The notes beneath the pieces were generated by a model. That model was given only the letters and a program-made list of their open reading frames with translations, was not told where the DNA came from and ran no database searches. From contig CM035350.1 of assembly GCA_020137815.1 (NCBI GenBank), positions 4,402,001 to 4,466,000 of the forward strand: 64,000 bases of DNA, in the 5' to 3' direction. Every line of letters begins with the position of its first letter. The first letter of the stretch is position 1. Positions 37,256-51,703 of the stretch are shown piece after piece. Source of the stretch: Hormiphora californensis (lineage: Eukaryota; Animalia; Ctenophora). The translations under genes were made by a program, and so were the position numbers.

Positions 37256-38482
37256 CGAGATACGAACACTTTTCAAACATTTTCAAAATTTCTAATTTTA
37301 ATTTTTAATGTGTTTTTATGACGAAGATTGTAAGATATGATTGTTGCACAATATATTATATTTATGTTATTCCAAACCATCCAAAGTGTGACTTTAAAAT
37401 GTACAAATGGTACTTCAATACACGATTCAAGACAGTGTATAATTATACTATACAAGACAGTGTCACATCTGTGACGCGCGAAACCGATCGCCCAATTTGT
37501 AGACAAACCCGCGCGGATTAGCGCTGGTGAGCGCCTCAGGACAGTGTTGGCATGTTACTGACCTGACGGAACTTCGAATAAAACCGTGTTTGGTATTTCT
37601 AGTTATTCAAATAGCTCCCCCTGTCTGCATAAAACAGGTGTGTTAGCAAACTGTCCAGAAATTCTTATGATATGAAACAAATTGAAACTCATTTCATACA
37701 GTTTGGTCAAATTATAGTTAAATATTTACAGTTAACTTAGAGACAATTTGGAGAAGGGGTACACTGGTGAATATATAAGTTACAAAACGTTGCTCTTAAC
37801 ATTAATTAATTAATTAAGTTGGGGAACAAACTATAACTTCATTTCTAAGTGGGGCGTGCACGAAAAGACATTAAGGTTTTAAATACACCAGTTATATAAG
37901 TAAAGAATCTAAGAACTGTGTAAGATATATCCCATTTCATTTATCACTCTCCCTTATTACTCTCATTAGCTCTCATATAACTTAACCAATATCAAATCTT
38001 ATATTACTGAATCCTGTGTCTCTCTCCAAATTTATCTCTCCAACAGTGGTTGTTCCAAACTTAATATATTATAGTCATAACGCAAAGTCCGATTACATTA
38101 TATTATACTAGCACGTTCACACTGTAATATAGACAAATATGGGGTGACGCACACACACACACTCACTCACATGACACACACACTCGTGTTACACACGTTG
38201 TCTCTCACTCTCGAGATGAACTTGGAATTGGGCGGCTAAAAATTGGCGCAGTCCATATCTTCTTTTCTTGCTCCTGAGGAAAAGATTTATCATTAGACTA
38301 GAGAAGTGTCAGTCATAATCGGTCAATTTTTATGTGCTGACTAGTATTTTTTTAACTATGAGGGAATTCATCCGGCCCGCACGATCAACAACTTGTAACC
38401 TTTAGTGCCTATTATAGAGGTATATGTTTCAAGTTTCAACTAACCTTTAGTGCTTATAGAGGTACATATCACGAGTTGGGTT

Positions 38483-38692
38483 TTACTGGAGGGGTGCATC
38501 AGCGGGGCCACCGCTCACAGAGTCGCACTGTAGCAGCCTTACAATGCTTGGATCACTCTTGGCTCCTTCAACAAACTCGGCTAATGATAGCTTGCCATCC
38601 AAATTCCTGGAAAGGGAGAAGTGTTGTTACGTGGACTTATTTCTCAGTTTGAAATTTGCTTTGGTATGGAACGGCCCCACTCCCCCCACTCT

Positions 38693-38764
<72 letters not shown>

Positions 38765-39393
38765 ACAGAAAGGGGCCAACACCGGCAGATAGGTCGGATA
38801 TATTTCCAATCTCATGCACACACTACTGTGCAGCAGCAGCAGTACAGCTGCTACCTTGGAAATAGGCTACCGTCGGCGTTGGCCCCTATTACAAACTCAT
38901 CAAAATCGACCAAACCATCATTGTTCCTGGTTGGTAGAATATATCGAGGTCACAGACGCACTGCCTGGCAGCGCCGACCCGAGTTGAGCACTGCCAAAAT
39001 GAGGTCTGGCAGCACCAGACAGTACATACTACTATATCACTTTTCAAACTTTTTATTGTGTATCAAAGTGAGGATGGCTACAAAAGATTTCTTTGGAATT
39101 GAAACCATACCTGTCCATTTGACGGAATATCTTGTCAACACGTTTCTCCGGCGTGGACTCATCTTCAGGCATTTTCATAACAGTACCGACCATTTTGTAG
39201 ATTGCACATACAATCTCCAGCATTTCCTGGACGTGACGGAGAGGAGGGTGATTAGTAAACCCTCGCAATTACAGGCATTTTCTCTCCGCGTTTCTCTAAT
39301 CTCTATCTGTAACTATCCGCCTCCCCTCTCTTTATCGATAAATCGGTGTACACTTTGTATAATACAATGTACCGCCTCTCCTCTGTTAATAAC

Positions 39394-39439
<46 letters not shown>

Positions 39440-40649
39440 GAGGGAAGTATTATAGTAGAGAATATATGTTTCAGTCTCTGTCGCACTCTCTCTCTCTGGA
39501 CTCTGGTGATATTTGTGTATACTATACCTGCCGTGAAATGTACCCGTTTCCATCCAAATCGTACATACTGAATGCCCATCGAAGTTTGTCCTCTAGCTTG
39601 CCACGAGAAGTCACGGACAAAGCACAGATAAACTCTGAAAATGGAGGAAGGATTTACTAGAGAAGTGTGCGCGCGGCGGCCAATGTTAGAGTCCCAACTG
39701 ACAGTGGCACTCTCTGTGTGCGCGGCGCTCCTTCAACAAGCGTGTCGGTAGACCTTCTTTCTGCGCCCTACAGCTGCTGCACGATGCGAATTGTACCGCC
39801 GAAGTGGGAGGCACTGAATTTATTATGTTATGTAGCTTTGTCAGAATATAAAGTGAATACAAGGAGGGAGAGAGAGAGAAACAAGAAAAAGGTATACAAA
39901 AAAGGAGAGATAACTGCCCCCATTAAAGGAATAATGGAAGATTTACTATTCTGAGTTTCAGAACATTTTCTTTGTTGCCTGGATATTTGATTAAATTTTA
40001 GTTTAGTTTAGACGACAGCGGACAGACGCTAACGAAGCCAAGGGCACCATTCTGTTTTCCTTCACACATGTGATTGGGATAATCAATTTGGGAGTCACCG
40101 CGTCACACCGCTCAAAGAGCTTGGTAGAACGTCGGATTAGTATCACCAACCAACCAAACTGTACAAGCTGAAAGAAGACCCAGTAGCTGCAGTACATGCA
40201 TTGATATCACACGCACATGTAGTTTTGTGTGTGTAGTCGTTGCACTCAGTTGTATTGTTCAACCCATACACTATCCCTCATATACAGTGTAGCGCAATCA
40301 AATTTATAGACCAATTCTTGTTATTACCACACACCATGGACTGTGGTTATTATAGTCCATGGTTCCCCTGTAGAACTGCTATAAACCCAATCTATATTGC
40401 AGTAGTAGCATATATTCCGTTGTGCAAGTGGGGATGTATGGAGAATAGTGAGTATGTGCTTGTTTTAAACAGAGAGAGAGAGAGAGAGAGGAGATGAGAA
40501 GAGGAGAGGAGAGAGAGACTAAAGAGAGAGAGAGAGATAGGAGAGGAGAGAGATAGGCGGAGACCAGAGAGAGCGAGAGAGAGAGAGAGAGAGAGGAGAA
40601 GAAGAGAAGAAGAAGGAGAAAGAGAGAGAGAGAGAGTGAGGGCAGAAAG

Positions 40650-40725
<76 letters not shown>

Positions 40726-43700
40726 CCTATATGGACACTGCTTCTGCTAGTGCTGCACGACACACACGTAGCAGGTGTTTCATTGATTAGGTTATCCCGC
40801 CACGCTCTAATATTGTATACACAGGGGTTCCTCTACCGGTAATGAACATGCTGCAGGCAATACCAGGCCCAACCTATCAGTGTGCTATATAGCAGCTCAG
40901 TGGGTTACCTAATACTATAGCACCCTGTCATACTAATACAATGGTGTGGACTCGACTGTGCTCCCATCTCCAGGTGGCAGCCCACTCTCGAGGAGTAGAA
41001 TTGATCTACCAGCCAGTTCCCTTCTCTACTTGCTCTACGAGAGTAGTGTGCAGTGGTGAGAAACACATGCTGCAGCAGATGGTGATATATCGAAACACAC
41101 ACTCCAAGAGATGGGGTGGTGTATAACACACTGCAACCCCCCTCCCCATGAGAGAGAGAGGTAGAGGGATGGGGGAGAGAGAGAGGAGTGGGGAGGCAAT
41201 AGTAATCAGAATTCATGAAGTAGTCATGAATTAATGATCGATGGACAGGACCTTTATTTTGGGACTATTTGTACATTTTCGTGTCCCTACAATATTTCTC
41301 TCTCATCATTAATCATTCTAGAGAAAAAGTTCATTGTTTCTCAGATCGATCCTCTCCCCAGCCTCCCCCTCCCTCTCTCTCCCCCATCTCCCCAGCTTTA
41401 TCATCATTTTCTTTGTTCTAAGTAGCCAATAGGTCTCTCCATTATATGTATAGTTAATATATTTTGACTCTATATCGCCAACTATCGCAATATATCGCTA
41501 ACCACTGCACTCTTTCCATCTCTATTACACTGTCTTTATCTCTCTCTCTCTCCATCTCTATCTCTATCTCATATCTCTCTCTCTCAACCATTCTAGGTTA
41601 CTAATTGACCACCAACAATTATTGTTGCTCAGCGCCCAGACAATGGCACAAAGATACACACCACCACCTCACCCCTCAGACGCAACAAATGTGATGCAAT
41701 GGGTTTGAAGAAGTTAACGTGAGTTGAAAGGAAGGGAGGATAGAGATGAGAGAGATCGAATGTGTGGTGGAGTGGGGAAAGGAGCATGAAGGAGAGGGCG
41801 ATGTCAGGTGGAGGTAGGAGTGGGAGAGACGAGAGGGGCGCGATAGAGAGAGACGAGGAGAGAGAAGAGAGAGAGAGAGAGAAGATGGAAAGATATTGAT
41901 TAATTAAGGTTAAACAGATCAGAGTCATGAGAGATACCTCAGGTGACAGACACAAACAACCGCAGTATTACCAACTTGTAACCGTAAATGTTCATTTCTC
42001 TCTCTCCCTCTCTCGCACTGCTTCTCTCTGTCTCTCTCTCTGTCTCTCTCTCCCATCTCTCACCCTCCTCATGTGTTCTGTTGCGTGTTTCATGCGAGTT
42101 TTTAATGCGTGCCACAAAGTTAAGCATTCCAGTACGAAGCCTCTAATCATATATTATAAAGCGTCATGAATCATGGCTCATGATCAGACTAAACAGCAAG
42201 TGCGTTGTCTAACCAAAGACTGCACCTTCGACCCAGCTTAGTGAGGAACTTGAGCAGTGTGGATGACAGTCATGTAGCATGACAAGTGACTTGTTGACAA
42301 CTATTGCGGTATATAATACGGTATATAATACGAGATGAAGAACAGAACTGTTTCGGGAATTACTTTTACTGTACTGCAACTACAGCGGACCCCGATTTAC
42401 TGGAACCCCGATTTACCGGGCAAAAACCTTGTTTTGTTCAAACATTTTTATCTTATAAGGGTCGAACAAGGCAAGCAAAACCTTTCCCACGAGCATCACG
42501 GTAAATCGGGGTCCGACTGTAATTTATATAGAGTTTGCGGCTACTAAATTAAAGGTCTCTGATCGTCCTCAGGATGATTTATTGCATGTCCAGGGAAGAG
42601 AGGAGAAAGAGAAAATAAAGAGAGAGGGGAGAGAGGGGAGAAAGAGAAAGAAAGAGATTCGAAGGAGCGTTCAGGTATATCATGTAATATATGTGATTCA
42701 TATTTGCGGTTTTGATAATCGAGCAGCGTGCGAGATGTTACAGTCAGTGCCTGACAACTGTGAGCAGTTACAGTGCTGCTTGTAGTCGTATTACCGTAAT
42801 AGAAATACAGTAAGGAGACGCGCACGTTGCATAACGCGCGGCAAAAAGTGCATGTGTTCAGCACGTACTAGTGCCCGTACGTACTAGTGCACGTACTAGT
42901 GCCCTGATTGGCCACGGTTGCGCGTCGTCTTACTGTATTTCCGTTTTCCATTACCGTTTTCCCACTACAAGCGACCGTGTTAGTGTGCAACTGAATATAA
43001 AATATAAAGGGACGAGAAGGAAGGAGGAAAATTTTCGGGGGGATGAAACTGATTTACTCGGTGCAGTTTACTACATTTAGTGTTTAGCCTTAAGTTTAAG
43101 CACTTTTCCTAAACGATTCTTACACCCCTCTCTAAACTCCCTGTCACCACCAACCCCCCTCACCTCTGAAGTCAATAGAGTTGTCGCCATTCTCATCGAA
43201 CGTTCGAAACACGTGTTCTGCAAATTTACTAGCATCCCCATACGGAAAGAAATTCCCGTATATTTTCTTAAATTCGTCCACACTGAGTTTTCCACTTGGA
43301 CAATCTTTGAGGAAGCCTCGATACCACTCCTGGAAAAAAACAAGATGGTTATAGATTGGAAAAAGAATTGCACCGGCAAATATTATTCTATATTCTAGTT
43401 GTCTCCCTTATATTCTACACAGATTGCGTTACTGAATAAATTAGAGAAACAATGATGAAGCAAGAATGTAGAATATAGATCTTGGCAGAGAGTGAGCTGA
43501 GAAAAGCTTTATCCCGTAAAAGAAGATCTTACGAAGAAAGTGTTATTTCAGCTTTTAGCTCAATCCCCTAAAAAAAGGCTTGCTGTTGCACAACCAGTAC
43601 ATATATATTAGCTAAATTGTAAGGCGGGGAATGTTGGGGGTGTTTTGTGGTTAATATATCGCCATGACATCACCACATAAAATAGATGTAGATACGCCAG

Positions 43701-44126
43701 TGGACAGACAGACACACGCACCGACAAACACATATTGGTCGCTCCGAAACGCACTTGTGTTAGGCACAGTTACTGAGCCTCAAACAGGTGGCACACACAC
43801 ACTCACAATACACACTCACAACTACATACACCTGACTAATTATGTGGGTTTAGTGCCCGCTTCAAGGCATTATTAAAAAACATTCACACGTTGTTGGAAA
43901 TCAAGTGTTTTTTATTAGGATTCCGTACGTGGTGAAAATTAGAAATGATAACAACCTCATTCCATGATATTATGACAAGTAAATGTCATGTATGTTGTAA
44001 TCTGTTGAGATTAGGACAACAGGTGGGACATTTAATAATTACCTGTAATTCAGCCTCCGTGAACTCTGTCTGTGTGGATAGGGAGTGAAGTACCTCAGGT
44101 TTTAGTTTACTGTTAGGCTTGCCCAT
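38483..44126 (-). CDS. Neuronal calcium sensor, neurocalcin-delta/hippocalcin-like
   Basis: Exons 44126-44043 ([11 protein letters not shown]), 43329-43164 ([13 protein letters not shown]...[19 protein letters not shown]), 39634-39528 ([33 protein letters not shown]), 39226-39111 (EMLEIV.AIYKMV...[10 protein letters not shown]) and 38606-38483 ([26 protein letters not shown]). Confidence 0.93.
38697..38762. repeat. (CA)n microsatellite
   Basis: Direct reading. Confidence 0.95.
42383..42519. mobile_element. Tc1/mariner-type MITE
   Basis: ta|cagcggaccccgatttac...gtaaatcggggtccgactg|ta; TA TSD. Confidence 0.85.
42802..42941. mobile_element. Small TIR element (MITE-like)
   Basis: gaaatacagtaag..gacgcgca / tgcgcgtc..cttactgtatttc, with internal cgtactagtgc repeats. 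Confidence 0.55.
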
Positions 44127-46637
44127 GGTCTAGATAAAGAGGTTCAGTGGTTAATAACTGCAGTCAATACAAGGTAAACAATAAATAATGGGCTGCCAAA
44201 AGACGGGGAAGAGTATTTCTAATCTGCAGATCAAGCAAGATCAGCGCTGATCAAAAATACTAAAGAAGAAAGAAACGATTTCGACATAGCACAAAGAAAG
44301 AGTGAGCTCAAGCTCGCTATGACATTAAAATCTCTTTGTAATTGAAACCTACTCTTGGAATATTGTCTCGCTCAGTCTCGTTTTCTTGCCTCTAGTATTC
44401 GTCATGCTCTATCTTGGTTAACAACGAGTAAATGCTGTTTTACTGCTGTTACATATATAATATCATTCAATCATAATGATTAACCGATAATTCAAGGACG
44501 AAGAAATAAAACTTAATATGTAGATGCTAATTAAAATAAGAGAACTGTAATAGAGAGAATTATAATCGGTCATGAGCCGCATATTTACGAACTATTTATG
44601 ATTCAATAGCTAGTTTACCGGTCGGCAGGACTACGATATTCACAGAAAATTTACTGTACAAGTAACTAAATGGAGAGCAAGGGAAAATAGAGAGCTAGAA
44701 AGGAGAGATAGAAAATGAAAGAGATAGATTTAATCATGGAAACAATATATATATGCAGAATTAAGTACGGAACAATTAGAAACGGGAAATGAAACTTGCT
44801 TCTCCAATCTTTCTCTGTCTCGTTCCATTTCTTTCTTACTCTCTTCTTTTTCTATTTCTCATTAGCAACAGGAAAAAGATCTTGAGATACGAACTGATTA
44901 CAGGTTTGCTGTTAGGGAGATTTAATAACTAATAACCACCAGCACAACTCAAGAATCTCTCTTCTCCTATCTCTCTCTCCCTTTTGTTAACTCAAGGTTA
45001 TACAGTAAAACAAACAGTATCATCCTTCCTGACAGAGATTGGAGAGAGATTGGAGTGTTTCAAAAATGAAAAAGTTTATGGTTTCTCAGAATTTCTACAG
45101 ACATAAAACGTCAAACCACCCTCAAATTTTTTGCAAAAGCTCTTAGTATATTTAGCGGATCAAGATTCAAGCAGCATATCGTACATGCTCGCTACAAGCT
45201 GCTGTAGGAGGAAGGTCAGACATTTAATTGTTGCAATCAGCAATTAAAATATTATATTTAGACCTCGTTCAATGTTTTCTATTTTATGCTCTATTATATA
45301 ATTCACTCTCTTGCAGATTGTAAGAAGGAGTGACTTATGACCATCGAAAATTAGTACATCGAATCAAAAGTAAATCGAAAATCGAAAGAAGCAATGCTTC
45401 TTAGAAGCATACTATCATGTACAGAAAGAAGCAAAGAGAGAGAAAGAAACGCTTCTACACATGATGGTTATGTACCATGATGACGGTAAGGGTACCACAC
45501 AACATTCAACAAGTACACGGATCCATGAATGTGTCAACCTGGTGATAATCGTCATGTGTTTATTGTACAACATGATCGTGCCCAGCTGATATATGTAGTG
45601 TTACCATATTGCTAACTATGTAAGAGAGAGGCAGTTGGACAACTCTCTTCCTCCCTATCCCTGTCTCTCTCTCTCTCGAACACTATCCTAACCATCTTCC
45701 CTTCCTGGGAAATTGCCAATCATCAATTGGCCTCTATCTTATATCTATCTGGATGCATGTACAGGTTTCTCTTTCTATCTCTCTTTATATTTTCTCTTTC
45801 TCTCTTTCAATGACAAAATATCTCTCTCTCCCCCCCACTTTCTCTGTGTATCTGCTTGTTTGATACACAGCAATATAGTAAGTAGCTGCTATGAACTCAT
45901 CACATCTCTATAATAGCGCCCAGTAGCTAACAATCAACCTACACACGCAACTCCATGGTTCTATATATATTATATGCATATTACTGCTTTAATAACAATT
46001 GTTATACATAGCTAATATGTTCAGTTAAAATCTAACATAATAGTAAGGAAATTGAGAGTCCTGATTTGTTTTGTAGAACGTCGACAACACTGGAGATAGT
46101 ACTAGAGAACTTGGTCTGGCATTTTGAACCAGCACTTAACCAAACAACGAGACAGTTTAATACCTCAACACCCCTCTTTCCTATCTCTAGTAATACCTCT
46201 GTCTTTCCTCTCTCCGTCTCTCTCTATATCTCACTCTAAGGAAGCACTTCCCTCTAACTCCCTCTCTCAAACCCTTACAACATCATCACATATTCGGCTG
46301 CTTCTGCTGTATGCACATTATAATACACAGGGCAATGTATACACGTTCCGTGGTAGACCTGACAGCTAGAATGGGAGCCTGGGATTCGGAGGAACGTGAG
46401 GTAATATATGCACGTGTAGGAAAAGGAAATGTGTTCCAATATAATATCGAAACAATGACAATGCTCTCTGTCGAATTACAGGACTTCATTCGCCGATTTT
46501 GTCTCTTTATTTTTTGTGTCTTTCTGTGCCTTACTCTTTCTCAGCCTCCATCCTACCACAATAGGGCATACAAACGAGAGCTAGAGAAAATCATTATCTC
46601 GCTTTTTCTCTAACTCAGATACACTTCCTTTTAAGTA

Positions 46638-46711
46638 CAGTCGGAGTCGGACCCCGATTTACCGGGATGCTCGGGGGAAAGGGTTTTGCCCGGTATATCG
46701 GGGTCCGACTG
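46638..46711. mobile_element. Short copy of the same Tc1/mariner-type MITE family as 42383-42519
   Basis: cagtcgga...ccccgatttaccggg...cggtatatcggggtccgactg. Confidence 0.8.
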
Positions 46712-48764
46712 CAGTACTCCTCTAACAATTTCTTGAAGAGCAATTGCTTGTCTGGAGTGGGTCTTCAAACAAAGCAAGAGACCAACAAAAAGATTTAGTA
46801 GAGATTTACCGTGATATAATGTCTCTGTGTACTTCTAGGCTATGATTCTTTCTTTATCTCTCTTTCTCTTTTTTCTCTCTTTCTCTTTTTTCTCTCTTTC
46901 TCTTTTTTCTCTCTTTCTCTCGCTCTCTCTCTCTCTCTCTCTCCCTCTCTCACTATCTCTCTACCTCCTCACTATTTCTCCTTCATATTCTATCTCTTCA
47001 ATATATATTCCGCGTGTTCCTTTCTCTCGATTTCATCTCAGTAACAAAGAGAGATAGAGAGGGGAGAGAGAGAGGCGGGAGGGAGGGAGAGAGAGTACCG
47101 TCGTCGCTGGCTCTGATAAATTTTAATGATTAGCAGCTCGATAATCACGATGTGACCGGAATTGGACACAAGCTAATCAGGGCTAAATACTTCCTGTGTA
47201 ACACACTCCGAGAACGAGAGAAGAGCTGAGTGGAGGAGGAGGAGGAGGGGAGTGAGATAGATGTACAGTGAGCGAGAACGAGAGAGAGAGATGGCTGTCG
47301 AGAACGAGGAAGAGAGCGGATGACGAGGGAAAATAGCGAGAGAGATAGAAAGAAGAGTGAGAGAGTGAGAGAGATAGAAAGAAGAGAGAGAGATAGAAAG
47401 AAGAGAGAGAGTGAGATATAAAGAGAACAAGATGCGAGCCAGTGGGTAAATGGGTAGGTGAGCACGACGAGAAGAAGGAAAATATATAGAGAGAGGTAAG
47501 TAAGGAGCAAATTAGCCAGCAACAAGATCGATCTAACCGCGTGGGTAAAGCTGAACTCACACAACCGCACATGCAGAGGCATATAAGAGTGAGACATTCA
47601 AGGTATTTAGTAAGCCCATGTTATACAATATCAATGAGATAGTGGAGCCAGCCAAGTGATAAGATGTAACATAAGGTCACAACTGCTACTAAAGTTGGAT
47701 AACCTCATACCAAGGTTTCTCAGTGGATTTACAATGACATAAATTAACCGTAGATATAGTTAGGTGTGATTGGTGAGTTTATATCGGCTTTATAGCAGCA
47801 GACAAATTACATGTTCGCATCCATCAACATTATAGAGATAATTAAACTGGGATAACCAGCTCGTAGACGAACATTTGGATTAGCTGACGCACAGACTGTT
47901 AGTTAAATAATCGTTTTACTGAGAAGATGCCCTTATGACGTCAATAAAGAATCACTGCACTCGTAATTATAAAGCTACCATCCTCAGATTTCTGAGGGAC
48001 ACTCATTCCATCTCCTCGTAGATTTAACCAGTTATGAAACTAGAGGGTTCAAAAAGAATTTGAATATTTCTTGACGGATCGAAATTAAAAGGGATTGTCT
48101 CAGGAGTATTTTCGGATCGTGTTATCTCCAATATAAGTAGGCGAAGGGACAGGCCCCATATTTGAAACGTGCATTCTCCAGTTCCTCAAAAATGGTCTAT
48201 AGGCGGACATAAATTTGATCAATTTAGCAGTTGGATGGATTCGAAGTGCATGTCAACTGTTGTTTAGCAGCTAAACAACAGTCAACAGTTAAACTACCCT
48301 ATTCTCGTTCTTAGAAACGCTTTAGTGAGAATTTTTTATAAGAGCCTTTTCAATCGTAAATGACAAAATTCAAAGACACCCCAACAAAGTAAGAAACCCC
48401 TAACCTGTTTAGCTTCTTAGTTTTTGGGTTACTAACTCTTGTGGTTTCATAGAAAAAGTATCTGCTTCATGGAATCACAATTCACACGGGATCCTCTCTC
48501 CCAGCAACTTCCATTTACCTCAAATCGACTTGCACGACTGAGGCTGGATCCCTGCACTGGAAACAAGCCTATCACTTAGAGATTTTGGAGTGCTGGTTCA
48601 AGCCTTTCTTGATTGGCAGGGGCACAAAAAAAGATTGCGAGAGCGGACGCCGCAAAACATCTTGGGTCCTGTCTCCTGAGTAAGATCGGGAACCTGCTCG
48701 ACTCTCGAGTACTATTTTCCACCTAAGATTAGCTGGATATCGAGCTACTTGAGCGTTCCTTTAC

Positions 48765-48861
48765 TAGACGTACAGCGGAGTGTATTGTGTAAGGGAATAA
48801 CCTTAAACCTACAGTAGGTTTAAGGTTATTCCCTTACACAATACACTCCGCTGTACGTCTA
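48765..48861. repeat. 97-bp perfect palindrome (48-bp arms, 1-nt centre), extending imperfectly to ~48751-48875
   Basis: tagacgtacagcggagtgtattgtgtaagggaataaccttaaacctac-a-gtaggtttaagg...gtacgtcta. Confidence 0.9.
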
Positions 48862-50370
48862 TTAAAGGAACACTCTAGCAGCGGCTGCAATATCTTCAGA
48901 TCAGCTCCCTCAACCCATGAGAGATTATTCTACATATGACTGTGGAAGATGCTTCATGGTCCTAAATCCTAAAAGCGAAAATTTGGCATACGATGTGGCC
49001 GCTTAAACGGGTTAGCAGTTAGCACACGTCTCAAGCCACTCTAAAGTCCGTTTCAAGCGACTTGAGCTGCACGTTTTCCCGTTCGGAGGGCGCTCAGCCG
49101 CGACGAGTGTCAGCACTTAGTGAGGGTTTTGAGAGGCGCCCTAGGGATGTCAAGAGATTAGACCTCGAGCTACCCCGGTCCCGACTCCCGGCCTCCAAGG
49201 TCACTGACAGCGGGAATCCGAAGTGCGATCCTTTGATTTTTCAAAGTTTTGAACTTTTCAAACGCGGAAAACGGCGCGATCCGATCTTCACTTTTTAAAA
49301 ACAGCAATCCGACGCCGCGCACCAATGCAGATAAAACTTAAAATTTGCCGCGCGTTTCATAAATTTTTGGAAATAGCGACGCTATTCCCCAAAACCTTTT
49401 GAAAAAAAAACTTTTTGAAAATCGAAAAAAAAAAAAACTCAAGACTGCAAATTTGATTTTTAAAACCTGTCAGGAGCGTTCAGGCTCCAGTTTACTGAAC
49501 CTTAGCATAAAAGTACTGTAGAGCACATCATTCACTGAGTAGGTTCCCTTTAGATACCCAAAATTGAGCATTTATAAACCGCTAAGCGAGTTTTTGGACC
49601 TTCTAACAGCTGCTAGGGACCCTTAACTGTTCACTAATCGAGTTGAAAAGCGCTGCTGTATCCCGCGCTGCTATCGGGGCCAACAGCGTTTGCCAACTAA
49701 ACGAGCAACAGCTGCCCCAAGATGTTAAATTATTGGGAAACTATTGGGGTAATCGTGCACTGGGATGGGTTATGGCAATTGGTAGTGGAGCCGGTCACCG
49801 GTATGAGGTATCCAATGTGCGGTATCCGGTGACCTCTCAGTCTCATCATGAGACTCTCGTCGGTGGACGGTGCACGTTATGTCCCCGGTTCCCTTATGCA
49901 GATGATGCACAGCGTGGTTCATCTTGGATCTCCCATCTGAAACCTGATGTCAGTTTCTAGTTTGTAATTGGAGCGTAAAGAGCTGAGGTCCTTTCTCTTC
50001 CCACGCAAAGTGAATCCGTGCTCTAACTGTAACTAAAAACCATCGGCTGTTTTACGTTGCTGGTGTAAACTAACTTTGGGTTTTCCAAATTCCATTTGAG
50101 GGGTAGATAGATCGTATTGATTGCAGGGTGCTATTTTCCCTCCAAAGAAGATGCTTTTATTCATCTTGTTAGGGGCGGAGACCATTGGTGGATGTAACAT
50201 TTTAAACGATATTTCGACACTATAAATGTAAATCAGAACACAGTATTCTTTTGAGAGATGCCAATTTAGTATGTCGGCTGGCTTGCTGCCAATTGACACA
50301 CCTATATAACAATGCAATAACTCGTCCAGCTAGATGCTACACTGCAGTAGAACTGCAGAGGACTTTGTTT

Positions 50371-51660
50371 ATGGATGAATGCTTTAATCAGCCTGGTTTT
50401 TCTGAAGGCCCTCCCAAGAAAGGTAATACATTCATCGGGGGCGATCTTTCTAGCTTATTTCTAGCGTATTGCACCCCGTTTTAAAATTATAATAGAGATT
50501 ACATCATATATTGCAGGTGGTAAGGAAGCAAACTTGTTGTCAGATGATCCCTTACTCTCCAGCACTACTGAGGTACGTCACAACGGGGGGGTCACAATTT
50601 ATCAGCCCCCAAACAGATTGAGGATGTAATCGATTGTAATACAATATTGCTTGAATATACCCCACTATCACCCCTGCATCTTAAATCACACCCCAAATAC
50701 TTTTACATCCTTGATTCAGCTCTTACTCTTTCAGTGGCTAAACAAGATTGATGTGGATAGTCTGCCAGCGTCTGTTTTGCAGGTAGATCCCTAAATATTG
50801 GCAATATATATTGAGACTGAAACAAAATAGGGATAACCGGGAAGTTGGGCTTCTGAGAGCTGTCCTAATTTATTCACAGTGTAGTCATGACGTCAAACTG
50901 ATTTCGCACCGCCGCCCACCCTCTCTCAGTAACCCGAGAGTTCGCTTATCACTGCTTGCCTTTTCTTTGCTTCTTTCCTTGTAACCATGATAGCTGATGG
51001 ATACGTCTTTGTAAGTCCCACCACGCCCATTATGTTCACATAATAAATCTGTAATTAGTTCAAAATATTCACGTCAAGATGTCCCTCTGTAACTCATTTA
51101 TGTCGACTGTAATTGCTTTCTCTTTCTGTCGCTCTCTCTCTCCCCTGAACGTTAAAACAGCTCTGTGTACATACCGTCTCTGTACCATTAGCATGTGAAA
51201 ACGTAGTGTGTACACTAACTATACAATATAACAGTGTTCTAATATACTAAACACACATGAGATCAGGTAAGACAATTCTAAAAATTTGGGTCAATGCCAG
51301 GGAAATGTTTAAAACCCTTGCTTACCAATGTCTCACTGAATGCAGCAACAGTGAATCACGCCATCCGGGTTTATGCGAGTAATGTGCGATACAGGAAGCA
51401 AATTCGTTCAGAAAGTAATCTACTCATATAACAGGAATTTGGGGTTCCATTGCATCATGATCATGATAATACATCGTCTGAAGTGAAGTGAAGTTATTCT
51501 AGCCCTACTGCAGGCAAAAGCAGGTTGCAATGGAAGTGGAACATTTTCCTTTAGGATCCAGATAGGAACAGTCATGCCATTGTTCTGACGTGTTCATCTT
51601 GATTTCTCTCTTCACATACACTGTCAAGTTACTTCACATGTCTCTCGCTCTCTCTCTCTC

Positions 51661-51703
<43 letters not shown>

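Noticed and set aside
38621-39571. 316-aa plus-strand ORF and other RE/SL/HT-rich ORFs
   Set aside because: Antisense to neurocalcin exons and built on microsatellites; no coding signature.
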